Part shown: in pieces, positions 43,809-51,708 of the stretch | How the letters are laid out: each line of letters begins with the position of its first letter | Position numbering within the stretch: the first letter of the stretch is position 1 | Source of the DNA: Clostridia bacterium | GTDB taxonomy: Bacteria; Bacillota; Clostridia; Oscillospirales; CAG-272 | DNA length: 64,000 nucleotides | Assembly: GCA_024405755.1 (NCBI GenBank) | Contig: JAKSOD010000001.1 | Coordinates: 8,752-72,751, forward strand | Direction of reading: 5' to 3' | Program-made: the position numbers and the translations under genes | Notes under the pieces: model-generated | What the model saw: the letters and a program-made list of their open reading frames with translations, nothing else | Told to the model about the DNA's origin: nothing | Database searches by the model: none

Positions 43809-45109
43809 TGTGCTGCAGCCTCCTTCCCTCCGTCGGAAATATCCGACTGTGCGGTAAGTTCGGCGAGTTCATCTTCGTCAAGAATATGAATAATTACGGT
43901 AATAACGCGCGTTTTGTTTACTTTTTCAACGGAAACTTCAAGATTTCCGAAGATGAATGATTCATCTTCTTCGGGAAGACGTCCGAAGTGCTCTGTGACC
44001 CATACACCGATCGAGTGAGATGCGATTCTGTCGTCAGGACGATCGAGTCCCATGCGTTCAAAAGCATCACCGGTATTCAGTTGGGCATTAATAGCAAAGC
44101 GGTTTCCGCCGAGTTTGTAGAAGTCTTCGTCAACTACATCTTCTTCGTCCCAGATTTCACCGACAAGCTCTTCAAGGAAGTCTTCAATGGTAACGACTCC
44201 GCACACGTGTTTGTCTTCGTCGCGTACGATACCTAAATAGATCTTGTGCTGACGCATTGTATCCAACAGTTCGTCTATGGTCTCGCTGCAATCAACGAAG
44301 TGAGGTTTCAGCATGACCGTACGGATGTCTGTTTTCGGATTGTTCATGTAGGCGCGAAGGAATTTTCTGATCGGAAGAACACCTACGACACGGTCAAGAT
44401 TCCCATCAACGACAGGTAGACGCGAGTGTGGGATAGACTTGATTTTTTCAACGATCTGACGGTTTGAGTCCCTGACATTGAGATATACGATATCGTCACG
44501 CATGGTCATAACATCAGACGCGCGTGTATCGTTGAAGTCAAGCACTGATTTTAACAGATCTGACTGTTCCTCATTGACTACGCCCTGTTCCTCGGCAGTA
44601 TTAATAATTTCTTTGAGTTCATCTTCGGTAATGGAAGGCTCTTCTGTCGTGCGGAACAGATGGGAGAAGAAATCAGAGATCCAACCGAAAAATGCCACAA
44701 GCGGAGAAAATATCTTCATCAGAAAACGAAGAGAGCCGGCGCAGGCAAGAGACATTGTCTCGCTGCGGTCATTGGCAAAACTCTTGGGTATCATTTCGCT
44801 GAATAAAAATACTATGCCTGTGGTTATAAAGGTGCTGACAAGCGTTACTGACTCTGAATCGCCGAACTTTTGCGTAACGAAAAGCGTAGCGACTGACGCT
44901 GCGGCAATATGTGTGATGTTGTTGCCTATAAGCAACGTGGTAAGCGCACGGTCAAAATTGTTTGCAATGAACAATGCATTTTTGGCCTTGCGGCTGCCGT
45001 TTTCGGCCTGGCTTTTTATGCGGATCTTGTTCATGGCGGAAAAACTGCTCTCAGAGCCGGCAAAATATCCGCCCAGAATGACAAAAATTACAAAAATTGC
45101 GATCAGCAT
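43805..45109 (-). CDS. CNNM/CorC-family transporter, tandem paralogue
   Basis: Same architecture ('VMTMRDDIVYL', 'LGIVRDEDKHVCGVVTIEDFLEELVGEIWDEED'). Overlaps the downstream paralogue by 4 nt. Confidence 0.85.
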   Translation of the reverse strand: MLIAIFVIFVILGGYFAGSESSFSAMNKIRIKSQAENGSRKAKNALFIANNFDRALTTLLIGNNITHIAAASVATLFVTQKFGDSESVTLVSTFITTGIVFLFSEMIPKSFANDRSETMSLACAGSLRFLMKIFSPLVAFFGWISDFFSHLFRTTEEPSITEDELKEIINTAEEQGVVNEEQSDLLKSVLDFNDTRASDVMTMRDDIVYLNVRDSNRQIVEKIKSIPHSRLPVVDGNLDRVVGVLPIRKFLRAYMNNPKTDIRTVMLKPHFVDCSETIDELLDTMRQHKIYLGIVRDEDKHVCGVVTIEDFLEELVGEIWDEEDVVDEDFYKLGGNRFAINAQLNTGDAFERMGLDRPDDRIASHSIGVWVTEHFGRLPEEDESFIFGNLEVSVEKVNKTRVITVIIHILDEDELAELTAQSDISDGGKEAAAQ

Positions 45110-45220
45110 AAACTGTCACCGTCCATAAAAAAATACCATCTCCTATTCATAGAATTAATATTATTATAATATAGACTTGTTGATTTGTCAAGGGAAATTA
45201 CATAAATAACTTTAATCGTA

Positions 45221-45256
45221 TCAAAAAGCAGCCGTCCCCGTAAAAGGGGAGGCTGC
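45221..45256 (-). terminator. Terminator after the FAD oxidoreductase gene
   Basis: Minus strand reads GCAGCCTCCCC-TTTTA-CGGGGACGGCTGC followed by TTTTTGATACG. Confidence 0.75.
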
Positions 45257-45264
45257 CAAAGGAA

Positions 45265-47091
45265 TCATCTGATGTCAAATGAGAAAATATGAGCAACAGC
45301 ACTGCCGTAAGTGTTTATCAGTGCTTCGCTGCCCCATGTGCCGAGGGGAACGAGTCGAATAGCCGTTGTGTCAACATCAAGTTTTTCGCGGATCATTCTC
45401 TGGTGGTTTTTGTCAGTCGCATAGACAGTGTTCCATTTTCCGTCATCGGCAAGTGCTTCGATACGGAATGATTTCAGCAGGCATTTCGGGAAACCGAAAG
45501 ATGTGTTGTTGTATGAACGCGGACGGAAAAGCGGCATGGAAATATACATAAGATCGGGATTACCGTCTATCTGTTCACGGTCAAGATCAGAGTCAACGAT
45601 AAGGCGGAAACCTGAAATATGTTTCTTCTCTTTGAAACTGTAGGTAATAGGCTTATTGATGTTTCCGAAGTAACCGTTATCAGATCCGAAAATACGGCGG
45701 TCGGTGCCGCTGCGCAGAGCAGAGCAGTCACCGTATTCGCAAGATAGTTCGGCATCCCCTGAGAGAGCGTAATTCTTTCGGCTGAATCCGGGCAGGAAAC
45801 AGTCGTCTTCCATAAGTTCATTCTGAAGTTCGGTGATCTTGTATTTGTAGATATCACGTGGAAGCATACCGTTTTTAACGGCAATGGCCGCGGCGGTCCC
45901 GGCAGCCTGTCCCATAATGCCTATCGTACCCATAACTCGGGTTGAGGCAAAAGCAATGTGAGAGGCACTGATATTGCGTCCGGCAAACATCAGGTTGTCA
46001 ATATTTTTGGAGTAGAGGCAGCGGTAAGGTATTGAGTAGGGAAGAGACAGACGGCGTTTTTGCAGGAAATCACCGCCGTTTGTTCCTCCGTCCATAAAGA
46101 ATCCGCCCGGCAGATGGTTATCAATCTGCCAACCGCCGTAGGCGACGGTGTCCTCAAACTTTTTCCCGCCATCTTCAACATCAGACTGAGTCAGAATATA
46201 GTCGCCGACATAACGGCGGCTTTCACGTTTTCCGGGAAGGAACCCCATCCATTCAAGTTCCCAGTTGTCGGCATGGTGGTCGCCGTGATTCTTCATGTGA
46301 TCCCATACACCGAATGCAATTTTCAGAAGTTCGTCGCGAAGCTTTTCGGTATCGCGTATTGTGTCCATTTCTCCGCCGAGTTCGATCCAGTAGAAATTGG
46401 TGTTGGGTTTTACAAGGCATTCGTGGGGTTTATTGTGCATATCATCGTCGGTGGGAAAGTCGTATGCCCAATCGGGAGGGGTGAATTCAACTTTGTGGTC
46501 TGTTTCGCGAGCCTGAATCAGAACGCTCATGCCCATAGTGCGGCGGTCGGCTTCGTCAAGACCGAATTCCTCGCCGAATTCGTTTCTGGCTTCACGCCCG
46601 ACGCGGTATTCCGCACCGCTGAGGGGGGCAAGGATACTGTCCCCGGAACAGTCTGCAAAAATTTTTGCACGTACAACGTGATTTGTGTATGTAGTTAGTT
46701 GGAAACCGCTTACTGAGACAATATGATCCCCGTCAGTCTCGCAGGCGTTGCAGGCGCAGTTCAGGATAAGGTCAATATTCGGCTCAAAGCGGACTTTTTC
46801 ATAAAGAATGCTGTCCCAGATCGACCAGTTTCGTGAGGGATTCCGATGCATATTTTCAAGTGCAATCTCTTCCATAATGCCGGTTTCCTGCAAATTACGG
46901 ACTCGGCTTCCGGCTCCGCAGACCCACATACGGATCTCAGAAGACGCATTTCCGCCGAGTACGGGACGATCGTGCATAAGAGCAACTCTTGCACCGTGAC
47001 GTGCCGCGGAAATAGCAGTAAGCATTCCACCAAAACCGCCGCCAACTACACATAAATCAACATCATGATAAATAACGGGTAAGGATTCCAT
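45265..47091 (-). CDS. FAD-dependent oxidoreductase (large, PF12831-like)
   Basis: N-terminal 'DLCVVGGGFGGMLTAISAARHGARVALMHDRPVLGGNASSE' dinucleotide-binding fold. 608 aa. Confidence 0.7.
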   Translation of the reverse strand: MESLPVIYHDVDLCVVGGGFGGMLTAISAARHGARVALMHDRPVLGGNASSEIRMWVCGAGSRVRNLQETGIMEEIALENMHRNPSRNWSIWDSILYEKVRFEPNIDLILNCACNACETDGDHIVSVSGFQLTTYTNHVVRAKIFADCSGDSILAPLSGAEYRVGREARNEFGEEFGLDEADRRTMGMSVLIQARETDHKVEFTPPDWAYDFPTDDDMHNKPHECLVKPNTNFYWIELGGEMDTIRDTEKLRDELLKIAFGVWDHMKNHGDHHADNWELEWMGFLPGKRESRRYVGDYILTQSDVEDGGKKFEDTVAYGGWQIDNHLPGGFFMDGGTNGGDFLQKRRLSLPYSIPYRCLYSKNIDNLMFAGRNISASHIAFASTRVMGTIGIMGQAAGTAAAIAVKNGMLPRDIYKYKITELQNELMEDDCFLPGFSRKNYALSGDAELSCEYGDCSALRSGTDRRIFGSDNGYFGNINKPITYSFKEKKHISGFRLIVDSDLDREQIDGNPDLMYISMPLFRPRSYNNTSFGFPKCLLKSFRIEALADDGKWNTVYATDKNHQRMIREKLDVDTTAIRLVPLGTWGSEALINTYGSAVAHIFSFDIR

Positions 47092-47309
47092 TTTTTACCT
47101 CACATAATTATTGTTTAAGATAATTATAACCTATCGCAAAATTAAAGTCAATGTTTTACCGTGAATAAAAATAACATTTTTCCCTAAATAATACTTATTT
47201 GATTATATATATATTGACTTTTTTTGCTTTTTGCGGTAAGATAATGAAGTAACGCCGAAAAAACGGAACACCTGCTTTTACAGGCTGTCTCCAAAGGAAA
47301 GAAAATAAA

Positions 47310-48686
47310 ATGAGTAATAAAATAAAATTCTATTTTGCAATGCTTGCCGCAAAGAGCGCAAGGGTTGCTCTGCGTATGCTCGGCAGACAAGCAAGCTGTA
47401 CCCCCGGAATTATTGCTTTAAAACTATGCCCCGATTTTTTGGGACATCTGAAAATGCCGCCGACAACTGTCTGTGTTACCGGAACGAACGGAAAGACGAC
47501 AACGAGCAACCTGATCGCTTCCGTGCTTACGGACTGTGGATATTCAGTAACGAATAACAGTTACGGATCAAATATTCAGGCAGGAGTAACATCTGCGCTG
47601 ATTGCGGATTCAACATTCACCGGGAAACCGAAAAAAGAGATCGCCGTGCTTGAAGTTGACGAGCGCAGTTCATTGCTTGTGTACAAGTACATCACACCCG
47701 ATATTCTCATTTGCAATAATATAATGCGCGATTCTCTCAAAAGAAACGCGCACACGGAATTTATTTCATTCATCATAAATAAAGCCGTTCCAGCGAGCAC
47801 CAAGCTTGTATTGAACGCCGACGATATAATCTGTTCACGTCTTGCACCGCAGAATAAAGACAGAGTGTATTTCGGTATGGAAGCCGAGATCCCTCAAAAG
47901 AGTGCAGAGGGAATGAATCGTGATATCACCTACTGTCCTGAATGCGGATCACTTCTTGTTGCGGATTACATCAGGTACAACCATATCGGCAGAGTTCACT
48001 GTTCTGAATGTGATTTATGTTCTCCCGACAGAGATTTCACTATTACCGACATTGATCGGGGAAACCTGACATTTACTGTTTCTCACGACGGAAAAGAAGA
48101 AAAGTATAAACTTGTCAACGATAATCTTGTGAACATCTATAATTGCTGCGGTGCTGTTGCGGTTCTGACACTACTCGGACTTTCGTATGAGCAGATCAGT
48201 AAATCATTCGATAAGCAGAAGATTGTAAGTTCACGTTTTGATCGTTTTACCGCAGGAAAACTCAATGTAATAATGCAGTTGGCAAAAGGTCAGAATCCCA
48301 TTGCGTGCTCACGTGCTTTTTCCTACGTTGTTTCATATCCCGGCCTCAAGAAGAGCCTTCTTATCATGACTGACGATAAATCCGACAACACCAATAATTC
48401 CGAAAGTACCTGCTGGCTGTATGACTGTGATTATTCTGCTCTGACAGATCCTTCGATCGACGAGATCATTTTTGCCGGGAAACGATGCCGTGATCAGCGT
48501 TTGCGCGCTCTTCTTGCGGGAGTAGACGGGAGAAAAATTAAAATTACCGACGACGCGGCATCAGGTGCGGATTATGTGGATACCGATAATCACACAGATA
48601 TCTGCGTCCTTTATGACCCGTATATCCTTGCCGAAGCGGATGTTGTAAAACAGAAACTTATCGAAAAGGGAGGAAAAGCGTTATGA
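47310..48686 (+). CDS. murT: Mur-ligase-family protein MurT (lipid II isoglutaminyl synthase subunit)-like
   Basis: 'VCVTGTNGKTTTSNL' P-loop, the Cys4 ribbon 'CPECGS..(19)..CSECDLC', a DUF1727-like C-terminus, and 4-nt coupling to the GatD-like gene. Confidence 0.75.
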   Translation: MSNKIKFYFAMLAAKSARVALRMLGRQASCTPGIIALKLCPDFLGHLKMPPTTVCVTGTNGKTTTSNLIASVLTDCGYSVTNNSYGSNIQAGVTSALIADSTFTGKPKKEIAVLEVDERSSLLVYKYITPDILICNNIMRDSLKRNAHTEFISFIINKAVPASTKLVLNADDIICSRLAPQNKDRVYFGMEAEIPQKSAEGMNRDITYCPECGSLLVADYIRYNHIGRVHCSECDLCSPDRDFTITDIDRGNLTFTVSHDGKEEKYKLVNDNLVNIYNCCGAVAVLTLLGLSYEQISKSFDKQKIVSSRFDRFTAGKLNVIMQLAKGQNPIACSRAFSYVVSYPGLKKSLLIMTDDKSDNTNNSESTCWLYDCDYSALTDPSIDEIIFAGKRCRDQRLRALLAGVDGRKIKITDDAASGADYVDTDNHTDICVLYDPYILAEADVVKQKLIEKGGKAL

Positions 48687-49390
48687 AAATAGAGATCCTT
48701 TATGATGAGATATGCAATCTTTACGGAGATCCGCAGAATGCCGCATATCTCAAAGCAACGCTTCACGACGCGGAGTTCATACATACTCCGCTCAAATCCC
48801 GCCCGTATTTTGCTGATTACAGACCTGATATGATCATTATGGGGTCTATGAGCGAGAGTACGCAGAGGCTCGTTATTGAAGAACTGCGCCCATATCGTGA
48901 ACGTATCTGCGACCTGATCGACGACGGGGTTGTCTTCCTTATGACAGGAAACGCATCAGAAGTGTTTTACGGTCAAATAAAGTACGTTACCGAGGAAAAA
49001 GAGATCGACGGTCTCGGAATATTTGATTTTTCCGTCAGCACCGATTGGTTCAAACGCTGCAATGCAAAAGTGCTTGCGAAATTTGAAAATATGACGATCA
49101 CAGGTTTCCGTTCACAGTTCGGAGAAGTAACAGGAGACAATTCGGAAGAATACTTCATCGAAGTCACGCGCGGACTCGGAATGAACAAATCAAACAGATT
49201 TGAAGGCGTGAGAAGAAAGAATTTTTTCGGAACTCAGCTTCTCGGTCCGATTCTTCCGCTGAATCCGGAATTTTGCGAGTATCTTATCCGTCTTGCCGGC
49301 GGAAATGCACGAGCTGCTTTCCGTGAGGAAGCAATGGAAGCATTTTTACAGCGTGTAAAGGAATTTTCAGATCCTGCAACCGAATTTTAA
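48683..49390 (+). CDS. gatD: GatD-like (CobB/CobQ-type glutamine amidotransferase) protein lacking the catalytic Cys and His
   Basis: It lines up with S. aureus GatD as I recall it ('LYGD', 'GLGI.DF', 'GFxxxxG', 'GT.L.GPILP.N'). However, 'LTICGGYQ' reads 'FLMTGNAS' and 'GFENHGG' reads 'GFRSQFG'. Confidence 0.65.
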   Translation: MKIEILYDEICNLYGDPQNAAYLKATLHDAEFIHTPLKSRPYFADYRPDMIIMGSMSESTQRLVIEELRPYRERICDLIDDGVVFLMTGNASEVFYGQIKYVTEEKEIDGLGIFDFSVSTDWFKRCNAKVLAKFENMTITGFRSQFGEVTGDNSEEYFIEVTRGLGMNKSNRFEGVRRKNFFGTQLLGPILPLNPEFCEYLIRLAGGNARAAFREEAMEAFLQRVKEFSDPATEF

Positions 49391-49411
49391 TTCTTCCAAT
49401 GTTAATAAGTA

Positions 49412-49448
49412 ATATGCGCCGCCCTGCTGAGGACGGCGCATATTTTTA
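49412..49448. terminator. Bidirectional terminator
   Basis: ATATGCGCCG..CGGCGCATAT stem followed by TTTTTATT. It abuts the stop of the convergent gene. Confidence 0.7.
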
Positions 49449-51284
49449 TTCAGGCTTTAAGACATTGTATGTTCTCCCACGATAGTCCATGGTGTCGGGA
49501 AATTCTGTTCCGACTATGTAAAATGAAACACTGATCAAAGAATAACCGGAGACACGGTAATTCGTAGATCCGATCTTAAATTCCTCAGGGACAATCGGGA
49601 ACGAATCCGAAGTATATGGAGTTGAGGATCTTTCGGGAATACCTATTGAAAAACTCACCCCGTATTCGTTTGTGGTATTCAGAGCATGATCGGGATTTGT
49701 AAAGAATGTTTCGTTTAATGACATTCCGTATCCGTCCCAGATATTTTCGTTATCCGTCGTACAGAAGTACAGATGACAATATCCTTCCTTCCAGTTCGGA
49801 GCATCATCCCACGTTACGTCAACCCAATACCATTTACCGTCGTCGAGGCGGATAAGATTCCATGCGTGGCTGTCGTTTGTTACATAAATGCATTCGATTC
49901 CGTTGAGATTCATAAATAACTGGAAAGTTTTGGCGTAGCACTCGCAAACACCGCTGTTATGGGTAAAGAAACCTTCGATCGAATGGGCCCACGAAGCGGT
50001 TTCCGGAGTTTTTCCGTCGGACTTATAGGCATATTCGAGTTTTTGAACGATATGATCGTGATATCCGAGAGCGATCATATATGCGGATTTTTCCACTCCG
50101 TAGACATTTTGCAGAGTTTCTGAAGTATCATAGATTTTCTTGTTGATCCCTGCTCGTACTGATCCTGAAGCAAAATTGCTGTTTGCACTGAGCTGAACAA
50201 AATATGTTGCGGGTTGACCGCCGTATGAAATTTTCTTTGATCCGACTGAAGAATCTATCCAATAGAACAGAGGGTGATCATACTTGAAAACGCTCCATAC
50301 GGAGTAAGCTTCCTCGACCGTAAGTCCGAGTTCGGTTATATTGACTTCGGAAATAACGGTATCCGAAGATAGATTTCTCGATGTATCTGAATGAAAGTTG
50401 TAGCAATCTTTTTCGAAAGAATCGTAAAGTTTGCACATTCCGACTCCCTTAGGAAGAGAGGCAAGGTATTTGTAACCCTGGTCAGACTCATAATTGTGAG
50501 GGTCGGAAGTGTCTGTTTGTAAAATCTTATTCTGCGGGACCAGTATCGCGCCGCATACGCTGCAGTGGCTGCCTTCCGTCAGTCCCGTTTTCCCTGACGA
50601 GGGGGCGACTGCGGGGTCAATTACAACAGTATGTCCCGAAGCGGGTATCTGTTCATTTTTTATTTCACCGCAGGAACAAACCGAACGCTTCAGACCATTT
50701 TCAGTGCAAGTCGGAGCATGGATTACGGTCCAATTGCTGAAATCGTGAATATGGGCAGTTGTAGTTTCCGGTGCCTTTTCAGATTCGTCTGTCGCGGTGT
50801 CAGCTGGAAGAGACTGAATTTCCGCCGTAGCCTCCGCAGATGTTTCATCGGTTTCGGGAGCAGTAGTATCGGGAACAGTATCATTTTCGGTCTCCGGAGA
50901 GACAGTCTGAACTGTTTCGGGTAAAGATGTATCTGCGGGAGTTCCCGGCAAAGTCGTTTCAGGGATAGAATCTGCTGTTGTAACTTCACTCATTCCGGAA
51001 GGTGATTCATCTGTCGATTCGGGAATGTTTGAAGTTGTCTCGTTATCGGATGAAGAGGTCGGAATTATATCGTTGTCACTATCGGCAGCGTCTGTATTTT
51101 CCGGACCGGGAAAGACGGAATCAAATACTTCGTTATCAGTGGGAATCAGTGATACCGAAGTGCTGCCGGATTCAGCCAAGCTGCCGAAAGAATTACCGCA
51201 TCCCGCAGCAAATGAGAAAAGCAAAGCGGCGGTTAAAAGACAGATGACCAGTCGAAAGAAGTTTTTGGTATCATTAGTCTTCAT
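49446..51284 (-). CDS. Secreted lipoprotein with a low-complexity Thr/Glu/Pro linker and a transglutaminase-like Cys-protease core
   Basis: Lipobox 'FSFAAGC'. T/E/P-rich residues 60-180. 'GVCECYAKTF...DSHAWNLIRL...WVDVTWDD' is the Cys-His-Asp transglutaminase-core pattern. Confidence 0.7.
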   Translation of the reverse strand: MKTNDTKNFFRLVICLLTAALLFSFAAGCGNSFGSLAESGSTSVSLIPTDNEVFDSVFPGPENTDAADSDNDIIPTSSSDNETTSNIPESTDESPSGMSEVTTADSIPETTLPGTPADTSLPETVQTVSPETENDTVPDTTAPETDETSAEATAEIQSLPADTATDESEKAPETTTAHIHDFSNWTVIHAPTCTENGLKRSVCSCGEIKNEQIPASGHTVVIDPAVAPSSGKTGLTEGSHCSVCGAILVPQNKILQTDTSDPHNYESDQGYKYLASLPKGVGMCKLYDSFEKDCYNFHSDTSRNLSSDTVISEVNITELGLTVEEAYSVWSVFKYDHPLFYWIDSSVGSKKISYGGQPATYFVQLSANSNFASGSVRAGINKKIYDTSETLQNVYGVEKSAYMIALGYHDHIVQKLEYAYKSDGKTPETASWAHSIEGFFTHNSGVCECYAKTFQLFMNLNGIECIYVTNDSHAWNLIRLDDGKWYWVDVTWDDAPNWKEGYCHLYFCTTDNENIWDGYGMSLNETFFTNPDHALNTTNEYGVSFSIGIPERSSTPYTSDSFPIVPEEFKIGSTNYRVSGYSLISVSFYIVGTEFPDTMDYRGRTYNVLKPE

Positions 51285-51708
51285 TTCCGTATTTTCCTTT
51301 CATATATTCAATAGCTTCGGCATAACCGTCAATACCGTGTCCCGTGATTACAACATCAGCTGCAGGAGTGATATAGGAAATATGACGGTATTCTTCACGG
51401 GATGAAATGTCAGTCAGATGTACTTCGGCAACGGGGATACCAACGGCAAGAAGAGCATCATGAATTGCAATGCTTGTATGGGTATATGCTGCGGGGTTGA
51501 TGATGATTGCATCAAATTGTCCGTAAGCATCCTGAATCTTGTCAACAAGGATGCCCTCGTGATTTGACTGAAATATTTCATGCGGATCATCACCGCAGGC
51601 GGCGTTAATCGCAGCACAAAGATCTGAATACGTTTTTCTCCCGTAAATATCGGGTTCACGTATGCCGAGCATATTGATATTCGGTCCGTTCAATATGAGA
51701 AATCTCAT
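51274..51708 (-). CDS. aroQ: Type II 3-dehydroquinate dehydratase
   Basis: 'ILNGPNINMLGIREPDIYG...SNHEG...IIINPAAYTHTSIAIHDAL'. Confidence 0.92.
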   Translation of the reverse strand: MRFLILNGPNINMLGIREPDIYGRKTYSDLCAAINAACGDDPHEIFQSNHEGILVDKIQDAYGQFDAIIINPAAYTHTSIAIHDALLAVGIPVAEVHLTDISSREEYRHISYITPAADVVITGHGIDGYAEAIEYMKGKYGNED

